Source of the DNA: a virus
Lineage: Duplodnaviria > Heunggongvirae > Uroviricota > Caudoviricetes
Virus record (IMG/VR): IMGVR_UViG_3300025896_000022
Length of the DNA stretch: 64,000 nucleotides
Reading direction: 5' to 3' (one strand)
Below, piece by piece: positions 45,999 to 56,000 of this stretch; the stretch's first letter is position 1, and each line of letters begins with the position of its first letter. The position numbers and the translations under genes were made by a program. The notes beneath the pieces are model-generated. The model made no database searches and was not told the DNA's origin. It worked only from the letters and a program-made list of their open reading frames with translations.

Positions 45999-47102
45999 AT
46001 GGCATTAGTTGAACCACAATACAGAACTTTTGATGATCTTATAGACAGTGTCAAAATAGATTTATATACATGGGATCTTGAAGGATTAATTAATCCACAA
46101 CAACTTATTAAAGTTGCAATGCGTGTTAATTATGATTTAGGTTTGCGTATAAATCAATCACGTTCAAAAGCAATAGAAATACATAAAGGCAAAGGTAAAA
46201 TGCCTGATGATTTTTATGTACTTAATTTTGCATTAGTATGCGAAGAAAGACAAGTAGATGAAATACCAACATATAATAAAACTTATACTGAAGGTATTTT
46301 AGAAGGTGTAACTCTTGCTGAAAACTTTTTAGCAGATAAATTTGTTAATCAATCTACAACAATAGTAGATATTACGCAAGGTGCAAATATAATCAATCAT
46401 CAATTACATACACAAAACATTATTGTACAAGCATTTGCAAACGATGGTTCTGTATTAGATTTTGATGTAACAATAATTGATTCTGAAAATATTACAATTG
46501 ATTCATTATCAATGACAACTATACCAAATGTAAAAGTAATCATAATGGGAGCAAAAATTAGTACAATAGGTACTGGTTCTGGTTCTTGTCCTGCATTACT
46601 TGATTGTGCATCTAATGGTACACCGCAAGTACATTATGTTACAAATGGTAGAAGAGTTGATAGTAAAAAATTAATTCCTTTAAGTATGCAAAAATCTAAA
46701 TCAATTACTGATGATTGTTTTAATTTAAATACAAAAAGTCATTATGATGCATTTTTAAGAAATGGATATTTACATGTTAATTTTGATGAAGGTGTTGTTT
46801 ATGTAAATTATCAATCTTTAATGGAAGATGATGATGGTAACTTATTAATACTTGATCATCCTTATTGTAATGAGTATTATGAATATGCAATTAAACAACG
46901 TATTTATGAGAACTTATTTATGAGTGGTGAAACTGTATCAAATCATTTACAGTTAATGGAACAAAAATTACGTGCTGCAAGAACAATTGCTTTATCATTT
47001 GTAAATACTCCAGATTTTGGTGAAATGAAACGTACATGGGAAATGAATAGAAGAGCACAATATCACAATTACTACAATATGTTTAAGAGTAAAGTTTATT
47101 AA
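45999..47102 (+). CDS. structural-module hypothetical protein, possibly baseplate
   Basis: 367 aa. Its stop overlaps the start of the giant gene. Confidence 0.4.
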   Translation: MALVEPQYRTFDDLIDSVKIDLYTWDLEGLINPQQLIKVAMRVNYDLGLRINQSRSKAIEIHKGKGKMPDDFYVLNFALVCEERQVDEIPTYNKTYTEGILEGVTLAENFLADKFVNQSTTIVDITQGANIINHQLHTQNIIVQAFANDGSVLDFDVTIIDSENITIDSLSMTTIPNVKVIIMGAKISTIGTGSGSCPALLDCASNGTPQVHYVTNGRRVDSKKLIPLSMQKSKSITDDCFNLNTKSHYDAFLRNGYLHVNFDEGVVYVNYQSLMEDDDGNLLILDHPYCNEYYEYAIKQRIYENLFMSGETVSNHLQLMEQKLRAARTIALSFVNTPDFGEMKRTWEMNRRAQYHNYYNMFKSKVY

Positions 47103-47104
47103 TC

Positions 47105-50100
47105 ATGAGTGAAGATAAAAATAATTCAGGTGCTGCACCGCAGTTAATGAATAGTTTTATGAAAGGAATGAATAAAGATAACTCTGATGTTTTTGTTCCT
47201 GAAAGTGTTTGGATAAATGCTATTAATGCTGTAACTAATTCACATAATGGTGAACTTGGTTCAATTGGTAATGAGCAATCAAACTTATACTGTGAAACTT
47301 TTCCTTATCAGGTAATTGGTATATTAAATAAATATAAAACTGAATGGGTAGTATTTTCAACAGATAATACAAGTTCAGAAATTGGTTTATTTGATGAAAG
47401 TACTTGCGCGTATATTTCTTTAGTTAATGATCCTTGTTTAAATTTTAGTACATTTAATTTAATAACTGGTGCAGTTAAAATGAATTATGATTGTACATAT
47501 TCTGCATACTGGCAAGATAATTTGAATCCAGATAGAACAATGAATTTGGATCCTACACGCATACCATATATTTGTACTCCAAGTTCAGATCCAGATGCAT
47601 GTGGTGTTGAAGTATGTAGTGAAAATTTAGATTGTGATAAATTAAGATTACATCCATTAGTAAAACAAGCATGTGTTAAAGTAAGTAAATCTACAGGATC
47701 AGGTCAATTAAATAATGGTACATATCAAGCAGTTATTGCATATTCTGAAAATGGAATAAAATTGACTGATTATAGTATGCCAAGTAATCCACAAGGATTA
47801 TGGGATCATTCTGGTATTGGTGGTTCATTAGACATAACAATAACTGATTTAGATCAAAACTTTGAAGAGTTTCAATTAGTTGTAATTGGTACTGTAAATC
47901 AACAAACAACAGCAAAGATTATTGGATATTATTCTATTAATCAATCACAAATACATTTAGATTTAATTAATGCTTCATTAATAACTGCAGACCTTTCTAC
48001 TATACCATTAAAAAAAGTAGTATATGAAAAAAGTGATAAAATGTTTGATATTGGTGGTTACTTATTACGTAGTGGTGTAACATCTCAACCATTTTTTAAT
48101 TATCAACCATTAGCAAATACTATAAAAGTAAACTGGGTTGCTGTGCAATATCCGTCAGATTACTATTGGAATGGTGGTAATGAAGTTGGATACATGCGTG
48201 ATGAAGTATATTCATTTTTTATTAGATGGGTATATAAAACTGGTGCACGTTCTGCATCATTTCATATTCCTGGAAGAGTTTCTCGTACAGCAGATATGAC
48301 TGACATTGATGTACGAGCAAATGATATTTTAGAATCAACAAGAAATAAATGTTGGCAAGTATACGATACTTCAACAATTACATCAACTTCACATGTAAGA
48401 AGACCTGATGGTGGTATTATTATTGCAAAAGGTGATATGGCATATTGGGAATCAACTGAGTCATATCCAAATAGTAAACCTGAAATATGGGGTGAATTAT
48501 GTAATAAACTAATTAGACATCATAAGATGCCATCTAATGAAACTACTCATATACATGATACAACAGGTGAATTCATAAATATATTAGGTGTTGAGTTTAC
48601 AAATATATCTCAACCAATAGATATACATAATAAACCAATAACTGATATTATTGGATATGAAATATTAAGAGGTTCTCGTGAAGGTAATAGAAGTATATTA
48701 GCAAAAGGTATATTTAATAATATGGTTGAGTATCCTTTAGATGGTGTAAAATCTAAAAAAGGATTATATCAAAACTATCCATATAATGATGTCAGTAGTG
48801 ATCCTTTTATGGAAACACCTGCGTCATTAGTATATAAAAAAGATATATTCTCTTTTCATGCACCTGAAAATAACTTAGTTAAACCATATGTTGGTAATGG
48901 AGGATATGTAAGAATTTATACTGAAGAAATTGGTGAATCAGTTACTACACCAGAACTTGCATACATGCATCCTAAGTTTAAATTTATACATGAAGATGCA
49001 TTTGGAGCTGTTGCTGCTATTGCTGCTGGATATGCATTACTTGAACTACTTGGATCAACTGATACTAAATCAAGTTCTGTAGGTCATTTTACAGCACCGC
49101 TTTCTGGAGAAATAACTTCAACAATAATTCCATGGGTTACAACAGCGGCAGGTGGAAGTAATCTTGGGGAATCAAATGCTGTCGAAAGAATTCCAACATT
49201 AAACTTTGATTCAGAAAGTAGCACAACTAAAAAATCAGGAACTGCGTCAATATATTCAGATTTTTTAATTCATAATGTAAATTCTGATACAAATTCTGCA
49301 ACATCTGGACCAGGTGGTATTGCACAAGGTGTTACTATTGCAGCTACAGCTTTAGAAATATTTACTGCAATAGGTCAAGGAATTATGACTTTTAATAAAG
49401 TATTTGATATATGGTTAAAAATAATATATGATATTATTTCATATAAAGATTATGTTATACAATTAAATAGTCATAGTTTTTATGCATCACATGATCATGT
49501 ACAAAATATAAATGTACCATTTGGAATACAACCTTCTTTTAATAGAACTATAAAATCAAATGCTTCTAAATATATTGGTTCAGGATTACAAGATTTTAGT
49601 AATTCTCACAAAGTTAACAATGTTAATAGAACAAAATTTTTAGCATTACAATTAGATAATGAATTACCATTTACGTTAAATACTGATGAGTCAAGAAATT
49701 TAATTCCAGATACAAATAATGCATTTGTAACATTTAAAGATTCTGGTAAACGTAATGGTTGGACTGTATCTTATTATGGTGCAATTAAATATGATTATCA
49801 AAATCAATATGGACAATTATATGCAATAACACAAATACCTATTAATTCATGTGTTTATGATATTACTGATAATATATCTTTAAAACATAGCTCATCTCAA
49901 ATATTTGGTGGTGATGTTTATATAAATAGATATACTGAAAAAAATCCATATTATTTTTATAACACTTGGTTAACTGATGTTACTAATGGTACAACGTGGA
50001 ATTATCAAAATTATATTAACGGACCACAACCTGCTTATTGGTTAAATTCTGAATTATATGATGCTTCAAAATTTGGCATACATATAAATTGGCATTTAAT

Positions 50101-52060
50101 ACCAACTTTTGATATAAATTCACCTGGAGATTATTATAATTTTCATGGTAAAGAGGCAACTGGAACTCCAAGTACAAGTTTTCAAAATGCATGGATGTAT
50201 TTGTTTAATAATGGTATACGTGATTTTTTTACTGAATCAGAATTAAACCTTGCATTTAGAGACTATGGTGAAAATAGTTGGGAGAAATTTTATGATCCAG
50301 TTGGTGATTCATTTACTGATATATCATTAATGTTTAGAGCAGACTTAATAACAAAACCTACATACTATGAATATGACTTATCACTCAGCGCATCCAAATT
50401 GTACAGTAACTTCTCATCTTGGTCAAATCTCCTTCCAAGGGACTATGATCCTGCCATCTATACAACATGTTTTGAATACTACCCAAGAAGGGTTATCTAT
50501 TCATTACAACAGCAAGAAGGACTTAAAAGAGATAACTGGAGAAACTATTTACAATTTAACTATAGAGACTTTGAAGGAAAAGTAAATACTTTTAAATCAT
50601 TAAATGCACAAGGTTCTTTAATATTATTTGAAGATACTGAACCTATGCAGTTTGTTGGTGTTGATACATTTCAATCTACTGCTGGTGTAAAATATACAAC
50701 TGGAGATGCTGGATTGTTTCAACAAAATATGCAATCTATTGTTAATGCAGATGACTCATTTCAATATGGTACTAGTATTTCTAGTAAATCTGTTATCAAT
50801 ACACCATATGGATTATTTTGGGTATCACAAAATACTGGTAAAATATTTAATTATGCAGGTAGTGGTATTACAGATATATCTATTGGTGGAATGAAGTATT
50901 GGTTTTTACAAAATATACCATCACCATTATTAAAAGTATATCCTGATTTTCCATTATATGATAATGTAGTAGAAGGTATTTCTATTCAAACTGTATTTGA
51001 TTCACAATATGAATTAATATATTTTACTAAAAAAGATTATTTACCTAAACCTGAATTTGCAAATATTAAAGACTGTTTAGTTTTTGTACCTGGTGAAGGA
51101 TTTTTTATTAATGCTTCTATATGTCCAGGATTTAATACAGGAACTACACAAGTAAAAACTTGTAAACCTGGATTTACATATAATCCACAAACTGATTTAT
51201 GTGAGAAAGTTGTTACAACAAATATATGTCCAACTGGTTCCACATATCAAAATGGTTCATGCGTCATAGTTAATGAATATCGCGCAGTATGTTGTGATAC
51301 AGTTGCGCCAACTGTAACTTTAGTACAATCATTTTGTACTGCAGCTACTGTTGCAGATTTAGTTGCAACAGGGATAACAATTAAATGGTATAATGTTGCT
51401 ACAGGTGGTATTCCATTATTAACAACAACTCCGTTAAATACTGGTAATTATTATGCATCACAAACAATTGCTGGTTGTGAAGGACCAAGATCATTAGTTA
51501 ATGTAACTTGTTTTTCATTTATTTCTGCACCAAAAAATTTAGATGTAACAAATTATCGTAATGGTGATGCAATTCCTCAAGTAACTGATCCAACTGCATG
51601 GTTAAATCTAACTACTGGAGCATGGTGCTATTATAATAATGATTCTGCAAATAATACAACTTATGGAAAATTATACAATTGGTATGCTGTTAATGATCCA
51701 AGAGGATTGGCTCCAATTGGATGGCATATTCCAACTGCAACTGAATATAATACATTTTTTGCTTGTTTAGGAGGAAGTGGAATAGCAGGAAGTAAAATGA
51801 AAGAAATAGGTACTAGTCATTGGACATCTCCTAATACAGGTGCAACAAATAGTAGCGGTTTTACTGGTTTACCTGGTGGGTATCGTACTAGTTATAGTTT
51901 ATTTTACAATATTAATACTGATGGTAGTTGGTGGGGTTCATCAGAAACTAATACAACAAGTGCATGGAATTTTTTAATGAATTATAATCAAACATACGCA
52001 CTAAGTTCTGCTAGTGATAAAAATGCAGGTTTATCTGTTCGTTTGTTTAAAGATGTTTAA
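47105..52060 (+). CDS. giant tail fiber or baseplate-associated adhesin of 1651 aa, with a C-terminal Ig-like repeat and FISUMP domain
   Basis: The C-terminus '…IKWYNVATGGIPLLTTTPLNTGNYYASQTIAGCEGPRS…GAWCYYNNDSANNTTYGKLYNWYAVNDPRGLAPIGWHIPTATEY…GSKMKEIGTSHWTSPNTGATNSSGFTGLPGGYR' is paralogous to the C-terminus of ORF 41072. Confidence 0.55.
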   Translation: MSEDKNNSGAAPQLMNSFMKGMNKDNSDVFVPESVWINAINAVTNSHNGELGSIGNEQSNLYCETFPYQVIGILNKYKTEWVVFSTDNTSSEIGLFDESTCAYISLVNDPCLNFSTFNLITGAVKMNYDCTYSAYWQDNLNPDRTMNLDPTRIPYICTPSSDPDACGVEVCSENLDCDKLRLHPLVKQACVKVSKSTGSGQLNNGTYQAVIAYSENGIKLTDYSMPSNPQGLWDHSGIGGSLDITITDLDQNFEEFQLVVIGTVNQQTTAKIIGYYSINQSQIHLDLINASLITADLSTIPLKKVVYEKSDKMFDIGGYLLRSGVTSQPFFNYQPLANTIKVNWVAVQYPSDYYWNGGNEVGYMRDEVYSFFIRWVYKTGARSASFHIPGRVSRTADMTDIDVRANDILESTRNKCWQVYDTSTITSTSHVRRPDGGIIIAKGDMAYWESTESYPNSKPEIWGELCNKLIRHHKMPSNETTHIHDTTGEFINILGVEFTNISQPIDIHNKPITDIIGYEILRGSREGNRSILAKGIFNNMVEYPLDGVKSKKGLYQNYPYNDVSSDPFMETPASLVYKKDIFSFHAPENNLVKPYVGNGGYVRIYTEEIGESVTTPELAYMHPKFKFIHEDAFGAVAAIAAGYALLELLGSTDTKSSSVGHFTAPLSGEITSTIIPWVTTAAGGSNLGESNAVERIPTLNFDSESSTTKKSGTASIYSDFLIHNVNSDTNSATSGPGGIAQGVTIAATALEIFTAIGQGIMTFNKVFDIWLKIIYDIISYKDYVIQLNSHSFYASHDHVQNINVPFGIQPSFNRTIKSNASKYIGSGLQDFSNSHKVNNVNRTKFLALQLDNELPFTLNTDESRNLIPDTNNAFVTFKDSGKRNGWTVSYYGAIKYDYQNQYGQLYAITQIPINSCVYDITDNISLKHSSSQIFGGDVYINRYTEKNPYYFYNTWLTDVTNGTTWNYQNYINGPQPAYWLNSELYDASKFGIHINWHLIPTFDINSPGDYYNFHGKEATGTPSTSFQNAWMYLFNNGIRDFFTESELNLAFRDYGENSWEKFYDPVGDSFTDISLMFRADLITKPTYYEYDLSLSASKLYSNFSSWSNLLPRDYDPAIYTTCFEYYPRRVIYSLQQQEGLKRDNWRNYLQFNYRDFEGKVNTFKSLNAQGSLILFEDTEPMQFVGVDTFQSTAGVKYTTGDAGLFQQNMQSIVNADDSFQYGTSISSKSVINTPYGLFWVSQNTGKIFNYAGSGITDISIGGMKYWFLQNIPSPLLKVYPDFPLYDNVVEGISIQTVFDSQYELIYFTKKDYLPKPEFANIKDCLVFVPGEGFFINASICPGFNTGTTQVKTCKPGFTYNPQTDLCEKVVTTNICPTGSTYQNGSCVIVNEYRAVCCDTVAPTVTLVQSFCTAATVADLVATGITIKWYNVATGGIPLLTTTPLNTGNYYASQTIAGCEGPRSLVNVTCFSFISAPKNLDVTNYRNGDAIPQVTDPTAWLNLTTGAWCYYNNDSANNTTYGKLYNWYAVNDPRGLAPIGWHIPTATEYNTFFACLGGSGIAGSKMKEIGTSHWTSPNTGATNSSGFTGLPGGYRTSYSLFYNINTDGSWWGSSETNTTSAWNFLMNYNQTYALSSASDKNAGLSVRLFKDV
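51520..52060 (+). repeat. FISUMP-domain coding segment, copy 2
   Basis: see 42680..43294. Confidence 0.5.
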
Positions 52061-52079
52061 TAAATAAAATAATAATAAA

Positions 52080-53051
52080 ATGGCATGTACTTGTACAAAT
52101 CCAACTGATACTCAGGTAGTTAGAAATGGTATTACATATTGTCAACAGTTAACTACTGTTGCAGCAAATCCTTGTCCTGTTGGTTGTAGTTTTAATATTG
52201 CAACTAATTTATGTACATGTACTGAAACTGCTGAACCAATTGTAGAAGCATTACTTATACCAGTAAATATAAAAGATTATTTAAATGAAATTAATTGGAC
52301 AATAAGTTATGATCCAAAATTAAAAATATGGTTATCATTTCATGATTGGCATCCAGAATGGTTGATACCATCTAATGATCATTTTTTAACTATTAAAACT
52401 AAAACTGATTTAGATTCATTAGGAGGTATAATTCCTGGTGCATTACCTGAAACAAAAATATGGAGACATAATGTTAGAACAGATAGTTATGTAAACTTTT
52501 ATAATGATAATTATCCATGGGAAGTTGAGTATCAAATAGCTACACCAAATGCAATTACTACTTTAAGAAGTATTGAATATACACTTGACGTATATAAATA
52601 TTTTAATAATGGTAAAGATATTTTTCATAAATTAGATCAAAATTTTGATAGAGTTGTGGTATATAATTCTGAACAGATTTCTGGTAACTTATTATTAAAT
52701 TTGAAAACTAAAAATAATCCACTTGATTTATTAAATTATCCATCACCATCAGCAAATGGTATTGATATTCAGTTTAGTAAAGAAGAAAATAAATTTAGAT
52801 TTAATCAGTTTTTTGATGTTACAAATGATAGAGGCGAATACTCAGGTGTTCAAGTACCTATGTGGGTAACTGCACCTGATGGTTATCATAAAGTATTAAA
52901 TCCTGTTAATACAGATTATTTTAAAATTGCAACTGAGCATAAAAAGTTTAGACACTATGGTAATAGATTAATATTACGTAAAAACATAAGTGGTGAAAAC
53001 AAAATGATATTGAAATTTGTTAATAATAAATATTTACTAAGTCCTCGATAA
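52080..53051 (+). CDS. structural-module protein with a Cys-rich N-terminus
   Basis: MACTCTNP…CPVGCSF…CTCTE. Size is 323 aa. Confidence 0.4.
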   Translation: MACTCTNPTDTQVVRNGITYCQQLTTVAANPCPVGCSFNIATNLCTCTETAEPIVEALLIPVNIKDYLNEINWTISYDPKLKIWLSFHDWHPEWLIPSNDHFLTIKTKTDLDSLGGIIPGALPETKIWRHNVRTDSYVNFYNDNYPWEVEYQIATPNAITTLRSIEYTLDVYKYFNNGKDIFHKLDQNFDRVVVYNSEQISGNLLLNLKTKNNPLDLLNYPSPSANGIDIQFSKEENKFRFNQFFDVTNDRGEYSGVQVPMWVTAPDGYHKVLNPVNTDYFKIATEHKKFRHYGNRLILRKNISGENKMILKFVNNKYLLSPR

Positions 53052-53052
53052 T

Positions 53053-56000
53053 ATGGCAACTAATAAAGAAATACTATTAAAGTTTATTAATGAACAATCA
53101 CAAAGAGTTCAATCTGATATATCTCGACAAGGATATAAAAGAGATTCTCCTTATGTTGATAGACCTAAAAATGTAATACAAGGACAACCTGGTCAACCTA
53201 CACCTATAACAATGCAAGGAGTGGACAAAACTCTTATGGGTACAGATGAACATGGAAATCAAAAAATAATGCATCCTGGACAAGAATATGAGTTTCCTGG
53301 TTCTGAAGTTACTGAAACTCCTATTGCTAAAAATGGTGGTGATATGATTAAACGTGCAGATGGTTCTTATTCACATAGAGGATTATGGGATAACATTAGA
53401 GCAGCAAAAGGTTCTGGTAAAAAAGCAACTGCTCAAATGTTGCAACAAGAAAAAAAAATAAAATCAGAATATAAAAATGGTGGTTCATTATTGACAAAAA
53501 CAATTACTTGTAATAATTGTGGTTGGTCATGGAAAGCTGCAGATGGTGGTAATGATGTTAACACTTGTCATAAATGTGGTAAAGAAGTTCTTATAAAAGC
53601 ACAAGCAGGTGGTGACACATATAAGTTTGGACCTATACCAATTACTAATGGTGACTTTTATGATGTTGATTTGACTAAACAACAATATGGTGGTGGAAAT
53701 ATGATAGATGTTTCTGTTAATCAACCAATTGTAGTTCCATCACAAGGTAGTTATCCATTAAGTTATAGAGATAGAGGACCAGTAAATGCTGCAGGTATTC
53801 CAAGTGATGAAGAAGGTGTTTTATTTACAAATGCAAAAAAAGTAAGCAGAATTGATGAACAAGGTAAACCATTAACACGTAATCAGATTGCAGAAAATCA
53901 AATTATGTGGAATGCGCAAAAACAAGCATATGGTCCTGCACAACAAGATTTTAATATCTGGAAAAACAATGAACAAAATACTAGTCAAGGATTTTATAAT
54001 ACAAAAGAATATGATAAATTAATAAGTAAACGTAATGAAGGTCCTGATGTAGGTATAGAAGGTTTATGTGATCCAAATTTTTCACACACAAAATGTGGCA
54101 TATCAAAACAAGGTGCAAAAGAAAATAAAGCAGACTGGTCTAAAAAACAACTTGGTGGTGAAAATCAAGATGAACTTGAGTGGATTAAAAAATATGTTAG
54201 TTCACCTAAGTATAGAGAACGCATAACAAATGCTGGTTATGATAATCCTGATAAACAAATAAATAAAAGATTACAAAATTTAGAAAATGTAAATATTGCA
54301 GAAAATCCTAATATACAAGGTAGTCAGTATAATCCAAATGAAAATACTATTGAAACTAATTATCCTGCAGATTTAGAATATTATAATATACATAAAAATC
54401 TATATCCTACAAGACCAGAATTAAGTAGTGTTATAGCACACGAACTTGCACATGCAGAAACTAATAGATCACATTCAGCAACATCATTGTTAAACAAACA
54501 TGATAGAGAACAACTAAAAAATAGATTAGTTCCTGATGCTGATGAAGATTTACAAGTGTATATTGATAATTATTTAAGACAAGATAAATCACATCATAAT
54601 ATCATACCTGAAGAAAACAAAGCAGATATAAATGCATATAGATATGATTTACGTAATCAATATGATGCTGGTACTCAAGACTTTACTAAAGAACATTTAG
54701 ATAAATCACCAAGTTCATTTGCAAAAGAAAGATTATTAAAAAATTATTCTGATGAAGATTTAATATGGTTAATGAATAATGTTGCACAGAACAATTCAGA
54801 TAATAATCAAATGCCTATTGCACAAATAGGTGGATTAACTTTTCTACAACCAACTAGTAATAAATTACCAGAAGGATATATAATACCTTATTCTGTTCCT
54901 AGTACTGAAAGAGCTGGATCAATTGGGGGAACAAATGGAGAACCTGCTTATTTAATTCCTAATTTTAAATATGGGCATCCTATATATGATCCTGTAGAAG
55001 AATTTAAAAGAACAGGAGAACATTTGGGTGGTCCATTTAAAACATGGCAAGAAGCAGATGAATGGGAAAGAACTGTAAGACATCCAGCAGTTGAAAAAAA
55101 GCAAACAATTATGTTTCCTCAAGAACAGTTTCAATATGGTGGTGATAAATTTTTACCAAAAGATGAAAGAGATAATTCTCGTGCATCAGTTGATAATACA
55201 AGAGTAAATAATTTTAATGATGCAAGATTATTTTCTAAAACTGCAAGAAATAAAACTCAAAAAGAAATTGATAAAGAAATTATTGAAGAAAGAAATAAAA
55301 AAATTGAGGCAAGTATAAATGCGTCACAACATGGTGGTCATTATACTAAAGAAAATTGGAGACAAAAGTTAGCAGATGAAACACAAGCAACTGGAGATAA
55401 ACTAAGAATATTTCCAAATGATGCACATAGTGCAATTGATGACTATCTTAATCCAGGAGTATTTATTGGTAATATGGCATCTAAATTAGGCAGTGCACCA
55501 TTACGCGCGCAACAAGAAGATTCATATATGCCATATGTAACATCAATTGGTGAACCTGTTGTAATGGGAGCTGTTGGTGAACTTGCTGCACCATATATAA
55601 ATAAAGCAGGTAAAGTTGTTAAAAAAGCATTAGGTACAGAAGAAGGTTTATTATCTAATGCATATAAAATAAATCCTTATGCAGAAAGATTAAACAATCC
55701 AAATAAATCATATAGAGTTGCAGGAATGAATGCTTTTGAAGATTTTCAAAATACAGGAGTATTAAGAAGTATAGCTCCTAAAATTGAAACTAATTTTGCA
55801 GAAGGAATACTACCAGCTAGACCTACATCTTTTCCATCATTTCAAAAAGGATATGCAGATATGAGTTATGCTTCTCCAAAAGGTGCTGTTGTATTTGAAA
55901 CAGAACTTCCTACATTTAGAAGAGGAGATATAAATCCAGTAACAGGTTTTCCTATTAGAGGAAGACATTATGCACATAGAGTTATAAATCCTGAAACAGG

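Noticed and set aside
37943-52060. Diversity-generating retroelement targeting the fiber C-termini
   Set aside because: No reverse-transcriptase-like ORF is present. No template-repeat/variable-repeat pair with adenine-specific differences is present. The duplicated FISUMP segments differ at all base types.
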